Below are positions 13,351-28,841 of a stretch of 64,000 nt of DNA, piece by piece (the first letter of the stretch is position 1; every line of letters begins with the position of its first letter). The notes beneath the pieces were generated by a model. The model saw only the letters and a list, made by a program, of their open reading frames with translations, did not search any database and had not been told where the DNA came from. This stretch comes from Eledone cirrhosa. Lineage: Eukaryota. The stretch spans positions 100,758-164,757 of the forward strand of contig CAXHJY010000080.1 of the NCBI GenBank assembly GCA_964016885.1, given 5' to 3'. Made by a program: the position numbers and the translations under genes.

Positions 13351-14100
13351 GTAAGGCCCTTGTACTCCTCAACATACTCTTTTATGTTATATTGATATCT
13401 TTATGTCTATGTTAATCATAGCTACCTCTTTCTTTGTCAATCTCTTATTTCTATATATAAACATTCATTGATCTGTCAGATGTTGTCAATATAATTCAGT
13501 AAATTATACTGTCTATCAGTAAAGTTCAATATATTTATCTATAGATGTAGTTATATCTTTTGTCTCTGTGATATATGATTGGTATGTTTTCTATATTTGT
13601 TATTTCTAAGATACCATCTTGAAATATTTCTTATTATTTGTTTGATCTCCTGACAATGTAGTTTCCTCATATGTGGTCTGTAGTTTCATGTTGTGTTGTT
13701 TATTTGGAATATTGTTTTATGTAGAGTTGTTATTGTTTTGTTGTAGTGTTTTGGTAACAATTCAAACCATATCTTGTTATGTGAAGTTATATCTTACCTT
13801 AATAAGTTGATTTCTATATTGATATATTGTTTTTGTTGATTCTTTGTTATGTGACTGTATATCCCTATGTACCAGTTGATGGTTTGTTATGTATCAGAAT
13901 ATATAGTTATGTTGTAATATTATTTCAATATTACCATGTCACCATCTTAACCGTTCAGTACTGTATCAATACAATGTACATGTAATGTAACATATTGTTC
14001 TGTTATGTCACTCAGTCTATGTTAAAAGATAATGTTAGATTTATCTATCAGCCACTCTACATTATTCTATTAGTTAAAAACTTATTATAATGTTCTCCAG

Positions 14101-14670
14101 GTGGCTGCGGCAATACAAAATCTGACATCATCTTCATTTTGGATTCCTCAACTAGTGTCCAAGCAGAAAATTTTCAGAAAATGCTCGATTTTGTAGTTGA
14201 CTTTGTCTCTGCTGCTGATATTGACAGTGGCAATGTTAGAATCGGTGCAGTACTCTACAGTACAGATGTGAAAATACAATTTCATTTAAATGATTTCCAA
14301 AGTAAACAACAAATGATCATGGCAGTTGGTGAAATTGCCTATGTTTATGGTAGTACAAACACTTATGGTGGACTAAACACAATGAGGACAGTAATGTTTA
14401 CAAGAGAGAATGGTGACAGGCCATCTGTTGACAATATTGCCATACTTCTTACTGATGGTGTATCAAATATCAATTCATATCAGACTATTCCAGAAGCAGT
14501 GAAAGTTAGAGAAGATGGCATCCATATATATGCTATAGGTATTGGTCTAACTGATACTACAGAATTGAGCAAGATTTCATCACTTCCTGTCAGTGAAAAT
14601 ATGTTTGTTGTCACTGATTTCAACGAATTATCGAATCTCAAGGAAAGAATCTTTGAACAATATTGCCCAG
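14101..14670 (+). CDS. vWA domain exon 5 (K>M variant)
   Basis: Copy of exon 1; ORF track 14139-14690. Confidence 0.95.
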
Positions 14671-16108
14671 GTATAGCAATTAGCATGTGATAACAAAGTC
14701 ATACTGTACTTGATACTATTACTAATATCCAATCCCTCAGTCATTTATCAATATTGCTTACTGCCATTATATAAAATATCAGCTTTATTAAATATCTAAG
14801 TCAGCTTTTACAATTCCTGCAGTTAACAGTTCTAATAATATCAGTAAATATCCCATGTCATTGCGCTACATACCTTTCCCTTCCACCTTCTATAATGTAT
14901 GTTATCCTATGATAACTCCTATTGCTTTATTAACAATGACTCATCCATGCGATATCTGTTTGTCAGTTAGAATCAAATAACTGAAATTATATCTACCTTC
15001 TTTTTTAATATTATTTATTATCAAGGTTGAAATATTCTGTACAATCTCTACAGTATATTTATATTCTAGTGATAACATTCCATATAACATTGACCTTCCA
15101 AATATATAACATTGATTATGAACTAATTTTTAATGACCCAATACTCTGGCTGTGTATTAGTTTTACTGTTTCATTCTACAATTATTTCTCTTATAATTAA
15201 CAGATTATTTTCTTCAATAAGTCGTTATATTTCTAGAATCTTAGAATGATTCATATTAATAAAAACTAATGGAGACAAGATTGCTGTACACTCAATCTTC
15301 ACAATTACCAGCATTTATTGATGTAATTACTCTGTATTTAACACAGCTAATATCTCTGCTTTAAAACCTAGACATAAATTCCTAATATATACCATTAAGT
15401 CATAGATCCTTTACTATATGTGAAGATAATCTACCAATATTCTTTATAATGCTTCTACAAAATATGATGCCATAACTGTTATGACAATACCTGCAGCATG
15501 TAATTGTGATAACGTCTACCAATATACTGAATTAGTGTATAATATATCTTATTTGCTTCATGTCATTCTAGTGGAATTTTTGTTTATAAAATATAAAATT
15601 TCACTGTTGCCATATCTTCAGCTTTATGCATGTGTGAATTATTGTAAATAATAGAAACTGTATTTCTGTATAAATGAGTAGAATCATTGATAACCAGTGA
15701 TTATGTAACTTTTGTGATATACTGGAAAGGTAACTGTGATATGAATGGAAGGCTGAATAATACTTTTCTTGTGACAAACTCTAACTTTCAGATATTCTTG
15801 TGACAAACTGTGACTTTCACACAAATACTAATAGATTTATTACAGAACAACACTTATAATATATAGAACACATTACATAACAATTATTTCAATATTATCA
15901 CTGGAATATTAATTAGTTATTCACAGTCAGCTATTGGAGATTAAACAGAAATATATATATATATAGTAACATATTTCAAAATATCAACATTTACATATTC
16001 TTATGAATATATAAAATATATTTCAATATTTCAGATTATCTAGCAATGTCTTACTAACAGATTTCACATCATATCTTTAAACTTACAACAATATTTTATT
16101 TCTCGCAG

Positions 16109-16153
16109 TTGTTGAAAAAACTCCAGCACCTGCTATTACATTACCAACTAAGG
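16109..16153 (+). CDS. 45-nt linker exon, unit 6
   Basis: Same splice sites. Confidence 0.9.
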
Positions 16154-16903
16154 GTAAGGCCCTTGTACTCCTCAACATACTCTTTTATGTTATATTGATA
16201 TCTTTATGTCTATGTTAATCATAGCTACCTCTTTCTTTGTCAATCTCTTATTTCTATATATAAACATTCATTGATCTGTCAGATGTTGTCAATATAATTC
16301 AGTAAATTATACTGTCTATCAGTAAAGTTCAATATATTTATCTATAGATGTAGTTATATCTTTTGTCTCTGTGATATATGTTTGGTATGTTTTCTATATT
16401 TGTTATTTCTAAGATACCATCTTGAAATATTTCTTATTATTTGTTTGATCTTCTGACAATGTAGTCTCCTCATATGTGGTCTGTAGTTTCATGTTGTGTT
16501 GTTTATTTGGAATATTGTTTTATGTAGAGTTGTTATTGTTTTGTTGTAGTGTTTTGATAACAATTCAAACCATATCTTGTTATGTGAAGTTATATCTTAC
16601 CTTAATAAGTTGATTTCTATATTGATATATTGTTTTTGTTGATTCTTTGTTATGTGACAGTATATCCCTATGTACCAGTTGATGGTTTGTTATGTATCAG
16701 AATATATAGTTATGTTGTAATATTATTTCAATATTACCCTGTCACCATCTTAACTGTTATGTACTGTATCAATACAATGTACATGTAATGTAACATATTG
16801 TTCTGTTATGTCACTCAGTCTATGTTAAAAGATAATGTTAGATTTATCTATCAGCCACTCTACATTATTCTATTAGTTAAAAACTTATTATAATGTTCTC
16901 CAG

Positions 16904-17473
16904 GTGGCTGCGGCAATACAAAATCTGACATCATCTTCATTTTGGATTCCTCAACTAGTGTTCAAGCAGAAAATTTTCAGAAAATGCTCGATTTTGTAGT
17001 TGACTTTGTCTCTGCTGCTGATATTGACAGTGGCAATGTTAGAATCGGTGCAGTACTCTACAGTACAGATGTGAAAATACAATTCCATTTAAATGATTTC
17101 CAAAGTAAACAAGAAATGATCAAGGCAGTTGGTGAAATTGCCTATGTTTATGGTAGTACAAACACTTATGGTGGACTAAACACAATGAGGACAGTAATGT
17201 TTACAAGAGAGAATGGTGACAGGCCATCTGTTGACAATATTGCCATACTTCTTACTGATGGTGTATCAAATATCAATTCATATCAGACTATTCCAGAAGC
17301 AGTGAAAGTTAGAGAAGATGGCATCCATATATATGCTATAGGTATTGGTCTAACTGATACTACAGAATTGAGCAAGATTTCATCACTTCCTGTCAGTGAA
17401 AATATGTTTGTTGTCACTGATTTCAACGAATTATCGAATCTCAAGGAAAGAATCTTTGAACAATATTGCCCAG
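16904..17473 (+). CDS. vWA domain exon 6 (Q>E variant)
   Basis: Copy of exon 1; ORF track 16942-17493. Confidence 0.95.
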
Positions 17474-18911
17474 GTATAGCAATTAGCATGTGATAACAAA
17501 GTCATACTGTACTTGATACTATTACTAATATCCAATCCCTCAGTCATTTATCAATATTGCTTACTGCCATTATATAAAATATCAGCTTTATTAAATATCT
17601 AAGTCAGCTTTTACAATTCCTGCAGTTAACAGTTCTAATAATATCAGTAAATATCCCATGTCATTGCGCTACATACCTTTCCCTTCCACCTTCTATAATG
17701 TATGTTATCCTATGATAACTCCTATTGCTTTATTAACAATGACTCATCCATGCGATATCTGTTTGTCAGTTAGAATCAAATAACTGAAATTATATCTACC
17801 TTCTTTTTTAATATTATTTATTATCAAGGTTGAAATATTCTGTACAATCTCTACAGTATATTTATATTCTAGTGATAACATTCCATATAACATTGACCTT
17901 CCAAATATATAACATTGATTATGAACTAATTTTTAATGACCCAATACTCTGGCTGTGTATTAGTTTTACTGTTTCATTCTACAATTATTTCTCTTATAAT
18001 TAACAGATTATTTTCTTCAATAAGTCGTTATATTTCTAGAATCTTAGAATGATTCATATTAATAAAAACTAATGGAGACAAGATTGCTGTACACTCAATC
18101 TTCACAATTACCAGCATTTATTGATGTAATTACTCTGTATTTAACACAGCTAATATCTCTGCTTTAAAACCTAGACATAAATTCCTAATATATACCATTA
18201 AGTCATAGATCCTTTACTATATGTGAAGATAATCTACCAATATTCTTTATAATGCTTCTACAAAATATGATGCCATAACTGTTATGACAATACCTGCAGC
18301 ATGTAATTGTGATAACGTCTACCAATATACTGAATTAGTGTATAATATATCTTATTTGCTTCATGTCATTCTAGTGGAATTTTTGTTTATAAAATATAAA
18401 ATTTCACTGTTGCCATATCTTCAGCTTTATGCATGTGTGAATTATTGTAAATAATAGAAACTGTATTTCTGTATAAATGAGTAGAATCATTGATAACCAG
18501 TGATTATGTAACTTTTGTGATATACTGGAAAGGTAACTGTGATATGAATGGAAGGCTGAATAATACTTTTCTTGTGACAAACTCTAACTTTCAGATATTC
18601 TTGTGACAAACTGTGACTTTCACACAAATACTAATAGATTTATTACAGAACAACACTTATAATATATAGAACACATTACATAACAATTATTTCAATATTA
18701 TCACTGGAATATTAATTAGTTATTCACAGTCAGCTATTGGAGATTAAACAGAAATATATATATATATAGTAACATATTTCAAAATATCAACATTTACATA
18801 TTCTTATGAATATATAAAATATATTTCAATATTTCAGATTATCTAGCAATGTCTTACTAACAGATTTCACATCATATCTTTAAACTTACAACAATATTTT
18901 ATTTCTCGCAG

Positions 18912-18956
18912 TTGTTGAAAAAACTCCAGCACCTGCTATTACATTACCAACTAAGG
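18912..18956 (+). CDS. 45-nt linker exon, unit 7
   Basis: Same splice sites. Confidence 0.9.
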
Positions 18957-19706
18957 GTAAGGCCCTTGTACTCCTCAACATACTCTTTTATGTTATATTG
19001 ATATCTTTATGTCTATGTTAATCATAGCTACCTCTTTCTTTGTCAATCTCTTATTTCTATATATAAACATTCATTGATCTGTCAGATGTTGTCAATATAA
19101 TTCAGTAAATTATACTGTCTATCAGTAAAGTTCAATATATTTATCTATAGATGTAGTTATATCTTTTGTCTCTGTGATATATGTTTGGTATGTTTTCTAT
19201 ATTTGTTATTTCTAAGATACCATCTTGAAATATTTCTTATTATTTGTTTGATCTTCTGACAATGTAGTCTCCTCATATGTGGTCTGTAGTTTCATGTTGT
19301 GTTGTTTATTTGGAATATTGTTTTATGTAGAGTTGTTATTGTTTTGTTGTAGTGTTTTGATAACAATTCAAACCATATCTTGTTATGTGAAGTTATATCT
19401 TACCTTAATAAGTTGATTTCTATATTGATATATTGTTTTTGTTGATTCTTTGTTATGTGACAGTATATCCCTATGTACCAGTTGATGGTTTGTTATGTAT
19501 CAGAATATATAGTTATGTTGTAATATTATTTCAATATTACCCTGTCACCATCTTAACTGTTATGTACTGTATCAATACAATGTACATGTAATGTAACATA
19601 TTGTTCTGTTATGTCACTCAGTCTATGTTAAAAGATAATGTTAGATTTATCTATCAGCCACTCTACATTATTCTATTAGTTAAAAACTTATTATAATGTT
19701 CTCCAG

Positions 19707-20276
19707 GTGGCTGCGGCAATACAAAATCTGACATCATCTTCATTTTGGATTCCTCAACTAGTGTTCAAGCAGAAAATTTTCAGAAAATGCTCGATTTTGT
19801 AGTTGACTTTGTCTCTGCTGCTGATATTGACAGTGGCAATGTTAGAATCGGTGCAGTACTCTACAGTACAGATGTGAAAATACAATTCCATTTAAATGAT
19901 TTCCAAAGTAAACAACAAATGATCAAGGCAGTTGGTGAAATTGCCTATGTTTATGGTAGTACAAACACTTATGGTGGACTGAACACAATGAGGACAGTAA
20001 TGTTTACAAGAGAGAATGGTGACAGGCCATCTGTTGACAATATTGCCATACTTCTTACTGATGGTGTATCAAATATCAATTCATATCAGACTATTCCAGA
20101 AGCAGTGAAAGTTAGAGAAGATGGCATCCATATATATGCTATAGGTATTGGTCTAACTGATACTACAGAATTGAGCAAGATTTCATCACTTCCTGTCAGT
20201 GAAAATATGTTTGTTGTCACTGATTTCAACGAATTATCGAATCTCAAGGAAAGAATCTTTGAACAATATTGCCCAG
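19707..20276 (+). CDS. vWA domain exon 7
   Basis: Copy of exon 1; ORF track 19745-20296. Confidence 0.95.
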
Positions 20277-21714
20277 GTATAGCAATTAGCATGTGATAAC
20301 AAAGTCATACTGTACTTGATACTATTACTAATATCCAATCCCTCAGTCATTTATCAATATTGCTTACTGCCATTATATAAAATATCAGCTTTATTAAATA
20401 TCTAAGTCAGCTTTTACAATTCCTGCAGTTAACAGTTCTAATAATATCAGTAAATATCCCATGTCATTGCGCTACATACCTTTCCCTTCCACCTTCTATA
20501 ATGTATGTTATCCTATGATAACTCCTATTGCTTTATTAACAATGACTCATCCATGCGATATCTGTTTGTCAGTTAGAATCAAATAACTGAAATTATATCT
20601 ACCTTCTTTTTTAATATTATTTATTATCAAGGTTGAAATATTCTGTACAATCTCTACAGTATATTTATATTCTAGTGATAACATTCCATATAACATTGAC
20701 CTTCCAAATATATAACATTGATTATGAACTAATTTTTAATGACCCAATACTCTGGCTGTGTATTAGTTTTACTGTTTCATTCTACAATTATTTCTCTTAT
20801 AATTAACAGATTATTTTCTTCAATAAGTCGTTGTATTTCTAGAATCTTTGAATGATACATATTAATAAAAACTAATGGAGACAAGATTGCTGTACACTCA
20901 ATCTTCACAATTACCAGCATTTATTGATGTAATTACTCTGTATTTAACACAGCTAATATCTCTGCTTTAAAACCTAGACATAAATTCCTAATATATACCA
21001 TTAAGTCATAGATCCTTTACTATATGTGAAGATAATCTACCAATATTCTTTATAATGCTTCTACAAAATATGATGCCATAACTGTTATGACAATACCTGC
21101 AGCATGTAATTGTGATAACGTCTACCAATATACTGAATTAGTGTATAATATATCTTATTTGCTTCATGTCATTCTAGTGGAATTTTTGTTTATAAAATAT
21201 AAAATTTCACTGTTGCCATATCTTCAGCTTTATGCATGTGTGAATTATTGTAAATAATAGAAACTGTATTTCTGTATAAATGAGTAGAATCATTGATAAC
21301 CAGTGATTATGTAACTTTTGTGATATACTGGAAAGGTAACTGTGATATGAATGGAAGGCTGAATAATACTTTTCTTGTGACAAACTCTAACTTTCAGATA
21401 TTCTTGTGACAAACTGTGACTTTCACACAAATACTAATAGATTTATTACAGAACAACACTTATAATATATAGAACACATTACATAACAATTATTTCAATA
21501 TTATCACTGGAATATTAATTAGTTATTCACAGTCAGCTATTGGAGATTAAACAGAAATATATATATATATAGTAACATATTTCAAAATATCAACATTTAC
21601 ATATTCTTATGAATATATAAAATATATTTCAATATTTCAGATTATCTAGCAATGTCTTACTAACAGATTTCACATCATATCTTTAAACTTACAACAATAT
21701 TTTATTTCTCGCAG

Positions 21715-21759
21715 TTGTTGAAAAAACTCCAGCACCTGCTATTACATTACCAACTAAGG
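21715..21759 (+). CDS. 45-nt linker exon, unit 8
   Basis: Same splice sites. Confidence 0.9.
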
Positions 21760-22509
21760 GTAAGGCCCTTGTACTCCTCAACATACTCTTTTATGTTATA
21801 TTGATATCTTTATGTCTATGTTAATCATAGCTACCTCTTTCTTTGTCAATCTCTTATTTCTATATATAAACATTCATTGATCTGTCAGATGTTGTCAATA
21901 TAATTCAGTAAATTATACTGTCTATCAGTAAAGTTCAATATATTTATCTATAGATGTAGTTATATCTTTTGTCTCTGTGATATATGTTTGGTATGTTTTC
22001 TATATTTGTTATTTCTAAGATACCATCTTGAAATATTTCTTATTATTTGTTTGATCTTCTGACAATGTAGTCTCCTCATATGTGGTCTGTAGTTTCATGT
22101 TGTGTTGTTTATTTGGAATATTGTTTTATGTAGAGTTGTTATTGTTTTGTTGTAGTGTTTTGATAACAATTCAAACCATATCTTGTTATGTGAAGTTATA
22201 TCTTACCTTAATAAGTTGATTTCTATATTGATATATTGTTTTTGTTGATTCTTTGTTATGTGACAGTATATCCCTATGTACCAGTTGATGGTTTGTTATG
22301 TATCAGAATATATAGTTATGTTGTAATATTATTTCAATATTACCCTGTCACCATCTTAACTGTTATGTACTGTATCAATACAATGTACATGTAATGTAAC
22401 ATATTGTTCTGTTATGTCACTCAGTCTATGTTAAAAGATAATGTTAGATTTATCTATCAGCCACTCTACATTATTCTATTAGTTAAAAACTTATTATAAT
22501 GTTCTCCAG

Positions 22510-23079
22510 GTGGCTGCGGCAATACAAAATCTGACATCATCTTCATTTTGGATTCCTCAACTAGTGTTCAAGCAGAAAATTTTCAGAAAATGCTCGATTT
22601 TGTAGTTGACTTTGTCTCTGCTGCTGATATTGACAGTGGCAATGTTAGAATCGGTGCAGTACTCTACAGTACAGATGTGAAAATACAATTCCATTTAAAT
22701 GATTTCCAAAGTAAACAACAAATGATCAAGGCAGTTGGTGAAATTGCCTATGTTTATGGTAGTACAAACACTTATGGTGGACTAAACACAATGAGGACAG
22801 TAATGTTTACAAGAGAGAATGGTGACAGGCCATCTGTTGACAATATTGCCATACTTCTTACTGATGGTGTATCAAATATCAATTCATATCAGACTATTCC
22901 AGAAGCAGTGAAAGTTAGAGAAGATGGCATCCATATATATGCTATAGGTATTGGTCTAACTGATACTACAGAATTGAGCAAGATTTCATCACTTCCTGTC
23001 AGTGAAAATATGTTTGTTGTCACTGATTTCAACGAATTATCGAATCTCAAGGAAAGAATCTTTGAACAATATTGCCCAG
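22510..23079 (+). CDS. vWA domain exon 8
   Basis: Copy of exon 1; ORF track 22548-23099. Confidence 0.95.
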
Positions 23080-24519
23080 GTATAGCAATTAGCATGTGAT
23101 AACAAAGTCATACTGTACTTGATACTATTACTAATATCCAATCCCTCAGTCATTTATCAATATTGCTTACTGCCATTATATAAAATATCAGCTTTATTAA
23201 ATATCTAAGTCAGCTTTTACAATTCCTGCAGTTAACAGTTCTAATAATATCAGTAAATATCCCATGTCATTGCGCTACATACCTTTCCCTTCCACCTTCT
23301 ATAATGTATGTTATCCTATGATAACTCCTATTGCTTTATTAACAATGACTCATCCATGCGATATCTGTTTGTCAGTTAGAATCAAATAACTGAAATTATA
23401 TCTACCTTCTTTTTTAATATTATTTATTATCAAGGTTGAAATATTCTGTACAATCTCTACAGTATATTTATATTCTAGTGATAACATTCCATATAACATT
23501 GACCTTCCAAATATATAACATTGATTATGAACTAATTTTTAATGACCCAATACTCTGGCTGTGTATTAGTTTTACTGTTTCATTCTACAATTATTTCTCT
23601 TATAATTAACAGATTATTTTCTTCAATAAGTCGTTGTATTTCTAGAATCTTTGAATGATACATATTAATAAAAACTAATGGAGACAAGATTGCTGTACAC
23701 TCAATCTTCACAATTACCAGCATTTATTGATGTAATTACTCTGTATTTAACACAGCTAATATCTCTGCTTTAAAACCTAGACATAAATTCCTAATATATA
23801 CCATTAAGTCATAGATCCTTTACTATATGTGAAGATAATCTACCAATATTCTTTATAATGCTTCTACAAAATATGATGCCATAACTGTTATGACAATACC
23901 TGCAGCATGTAATTGTGATAACGTCTACCAATATACTGAATTAGTGTATAATATATCTTATTTGCTTCATGTCATTCTAGTGGAATTTTTGTTTATAAAA
24001 TATAAAATTTCACTGTTGCCATATCTTCAGCTTTATGCATGTGTGAATTATTGTAAATAATAGAAACTGTATTTCTGTATAAATGAGTAGAATCATTGAT
24101 AACCAGTGATTATGTAACGTTTGTGATATACTGGAAAGGTAACTGTGATATGAATGGAAGGCTGAATAATACTTTTCTTGTGACAAACTCTAACTTTCAG
24201 ATATTCTTGTGACAAACTGTGACTTTCACACAAATACTAATAGATTTTGTCTTCATATTGATATTCGTAATCTGTAATACCTAAATATTTACAAAGTAAA
24301 TTAAATTAATTTAATATTTAAACTTTATCTGTAAGAAATATGTCATATCTCTCTTGAAATATGTTTCTTACTTTCAATACCAACTGACTTAAAATATAAC
24401 ATTTATATGTAATACACTTCAATATGTAGGTAATATATTACATTGTTTTACTTTCAATTTACTATCAACTATTTAGAATTCTATCTTAATGAGTTATGTG
24501 ATTATTATTTCCATAAAAG

Positions 24520-24576
24520 GAGGAGAAATAGTGACACCTAGTAGAGTTCCAATAATTGAAACAACCAGAAAGAGAG
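24520..24576 (+). CDS. 57-nt RKR linker exon, unit 9
   Basis: Same as 1359-1415. Confidence 0.75.
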
Positions 24577-24880
24577 GTGAGATATTACTGAAACATATTT
24601 ATATATACTTAGATATGTTACAGAACAACACTTATAATATATAGAACATATTACATAACAATTATTTCAATATCATCACTGGAATATTAATTAGTTATTC
24701 ACAGTCAGCTATTGGAGATTAAACAGAAATATATATAGTAACATATTTCAAAATATCAACATTTACATATTCTTATGAATATATAAAGTATATTTCAATA
24801 TTTCAGATTATCTAGCAATGTCTTACTAACAGATTTCACATCATATCTTTAAACTTACAACAATATTTTATTTCTCGCAG

Positions 24881-24925
24881 TTGTTGAAAAAACTCCAGCA
24901 CCTGCTATTACATTACCAACTAAGG
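24881..24925 (+). CDS. 45-nt linker exon, unit 9
   Basis: Same splice sites. Confidence 0.9.
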
Positions 24926-25675
24926 GTAAGGCCCTTGTACTCCTCAACATACTCTTTTATGTTATATTGATATCTTTATGTCTATGTTAATCATAGCTAC
25001 CTCTTTCTTTGTCAATCTCTTATTTCTATATATAAACATTCATTGATCTGTCAGATGTTGTCAATATAATTCAGTAAATTATACTGTCTATCAGTAAAGT
25101 TCAATATATTTATCTATAGATGTAGTTATATCTTTTGTCTCTGTGATATATGTTTGGTATGTTTTCTATATTTGTTATTTCTAAGATACCATCTTGAAAT
25201 ATTTCTTATTATTTGTTTGATCTCCTGACAATGTAGTCTCCTCATATATGGTCTGTAGTTTCATGTTGTGTTGTTTATTTGGAATATTGTTTTATGTAGA
25301 GTTGTTATTGTTTTGTTGTAGTGTTTTGGTAACAATTCAAACCATATCTTGTTATGTGAAGTTATATCTTACCTTAATAAGTTGATTTCTATATTGATAT
25401 ATTGTTTTTGTTGCTTCTTTGTTATGTGACAGTATATCCCTATGTACCAGTTGATGGTTTGTTATGTATCAGAATATATAGTTATGTTGTAATATTATTT
25501 CAATATTACCATGTCACCATCTTAACTGTTCTGTACTGTATCAATACAATGTACATGTAATGTAACATATTGTTCTGTTATGTCACTCAGTCTATGTTAA
25601 AAGATAATGTTAGATTTATCTATCAGCCACTCTACATTATTCTATTAGTTAAAAACTTATTATAATGTTCTCCAG

Positions 25676-26245
25676 GTGGCTGCGGCAATACAAAATCTGA
25701 CATCATCTTCATTTTGGATTCCTCAACTAGTGTCCAAGCAGAAAATTTTCAGAAAATGCTCGATTTTGTAGTTGACTTTGTCTCTGCTGCTGATATTGAC
25801 AGTGGCAATGTTAGAATCGGTGCAGTACTCTACAGTACAGATGTGAAAATACAATTCCATTTAAATGATTTCCAAAGTAAACAACAAATGATCAAGGCAG
25901 TTGGTGAAATTGCCTATGTTTATGGTAGTACAAACACTTATGGTGGACTAAACACAATGAGGACAGTAATGTTTACAAGAGAGAATGGTGACAGGCCATC
26001 TGTTGACAATATTGCCATACTTCTTACTGATGGTGTATCAAATATCAATTCATATCAGACTATTCCAGAAGCAGTGAAAGTTAGAGAAGATGGCATCCAT
26101 ATATATGCTATAGGTATTGGTCTAACTGATACTACAGAATTGAGCAAGATTTCATCACTTCCTGTCAGTGAAAATATGTTTGTTGTCACTGATTTCAACG
26201 AATTATCGAATCTCAAGGAAAGAATCTTTGAACAATATTGCCCAG
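25676..26245 (+). CDS. vWA domain exon 9
   Basis: Copy of exon 1; ORF track 25714-26265. Confidence 0.95.
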
Positions 26246-27685
26246 GTATAGCAATTAGCATGTGATAACAAAGTCATACTGTACTTGATACTATTACTAA
26301 TATCCAATCCCTCAGTCATTTATCAATATTGCTTACTGCCATTATATAAAATATCAGCTTTATTAAATATCTAAGTCAGCTTTTACAATTCCTGCAGTTA
26401 ACAGTTCTAATAATATCAGTAAATATCCCATGTCATTGCGCTACATACCTTTCCCTTCCACCTTCTATAATGTATGTTATCCTATGATAACTCCTATTGC
26501 TTTATTAACAATGACTCATCCATGCGATATCTGTTTGTCAGTTAGAATCAAATAACTGAAATTATATCTACCTTCTTTTTTAATATTATTTATTATCAAG
26601 GTTGAAATATTCTGTACAATCTCTACAGTATATTTATATTCTAGTGATAACATTCCATATAACATTGACCTTCCAAATATATAACATTGATTATGAACTA
26701 ATTTTTAATGACCCAATACTCTGGCTGTGTATTAGTTTTACTGTTTCATTCTACAATTATTTCTCTTATAATTAACAGATTATTTTCTTCAATAAGTCGT
26801 TATATTTCTAGAATCTTAGAATGATTCATATTAATAAAAACTAATGGAGACAAGATTGCTGTACACTCAATCTTCACAATTACCAGCATTTATTGATGTA
26901 ATTACTCTGTATTTAACACAGCTAATATCTCTGCTTTAAAACCTAGACATAAATTCCTAATATATACCAATAAGTCATAGATCCTTTACAATATTTGAAG
27001 ATAATCTACCAATATTCTTTATAATGCTTCTACAAAATATGATGCCATAACTGTTATGACAATACCTGCAGCATGTAATTGTGATAACGTCTACCAATAT
27101 ACTGAATTAGTGTATAATATATCTTATTTGCTTCATGTCATTCTAGTGGAATTTTTGTTTATAAAATATAAAATTTCACTGTTGCCATATCTTCAGCTTT
27201 ATGCATGTGTGAATTATTGTAAATAATAGAAACTGTATTTCTGTATAAATGAGTAGAATCATTGATAACCAGTGATTATGTAACGTTTGTGATATACTGG
27301 AAAGGTAACTGTGATATGAATGGAAGGCTGAATAATACTTTTCTTGTGACAAACTCTAACTTTCAGATATTCTTGTGACAAACTGTGACTTTCACACAAA
27401 TACTAATAGATTTTGTCTTCATATTGATATTCGTAATCTGTAATACCTAAATATTTACAAAGTAAATTAAATTAATTTAATATTTAAACTTTATCTGTAA
27501 GAAATATGTCATATCTCTCTTGAAATATGTTTCTTACTTTCAATACCAACTGACTTAAAATATAACATTTATATGTAATACACTTCAATATGTAGGTAAT
27601 ATGTTACATTGTTTTACTTTCAATTTACTATCAACTATTTAGAATTCTATCTTAATGAGTTATGTGATTATTATTTCCATAAAAG

Positions 27686-27742
27686 GAGGAGAAATAGTGA
27701 CACCTAGTAGAGTTCCAATAATTGAAACAACCAGAAAGAGAG
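27686..27742 (+). CDS. 57-nt RKR linker exon, unit 10
   Basis: Same as 1359-1415. Confidence 0.75.
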
Positions 27743-28046
27743 GTGAGATATTACTGAAACATATTTATATATACTTAGATATGTTACAGAACAACACTTA
27801 TAATATATAGAACATATTACATAACAATTATTTCAATATCATCACTGGAATATTAATTAGTTATTCACAGTCAGCTATTGGAGATTAAACAGAAATATAT
27901 ATAGTAACATATTTCAAAATATCAACATTTACATATTCTTATGAATATATAAAGTATATTTCAATATTTCAGATTATCTAGCAATGTCTTACTAACAGAT
28001 TTCACATCATATCTTTAAACTTACAACAATATTTTATTTCTCGCAG

Positions 28047-28091
28047 TTGTTGAAAAAACTCCAGCACCTGCTATTACATTACCAACTAAGG
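28047..28091 (+). CDS. 45-nt linker exon, unit 10
   Basis: Same splice sites. Confidence 0.9.
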
Positions 28092-28841
28092 GTAAGGCCC
28101 TTGTACTCCTCAACATACTCTTTTATGTTATATTGATATCTTTATGTCTATGTTAATCATAGCTACCTCTTTCTTTGTCAATCTCTTATTTCTATATATA
28201 AACATTCATTGATCTGTCAGATGTTGTCAATATAATTCAGTAAATTATACTGTCTATCAGTAAAGTTCAATATATTTATCTATAGATGTAGTTATATCTT
28301 TTGTCTCTGTGATATATGTTTGGTATGTTTTCTATATTTGTTATTTCTAAGATACCATCTTGAAATATTTCTTATTATTTGTTTGATCTCCTGACAATGT
28401 AGTCTCCTCATATATGGTCTGTAGTTTCATGTTGTGTTGTTTATTTGGAATATTGTTTTATGTAGAGTTGTTATTGTTTTGTTGTAGTGTTTTGGTAACA
28501 ATTCAAACCATATCTTGTTATGTGAAGTTATATCTTACCTTAATAAGTTGATTTCTATATTGATATATTGTTTTTGTTGATTCTTTGTTATGTGACAGTA
28601 TATCCCTATGTACCAGTTGATGGTTTGTTATGTATCAGAATATATAGTTATGTTGTAATATTATTTCAATATTACCATGTCACCATCTTAACTGTTCTGT
28701 ACTGTATCAATACAATGTACATGTAATGTAACATATTGTTCTGTTATGTCACTCAGTCTATGTTAAAAGATAATGTTAGATTTATCTATCAGCCACTCTA
28801 CATTATTCTATTAGTTAAAAACTTATTATAATGTTCTCCAG

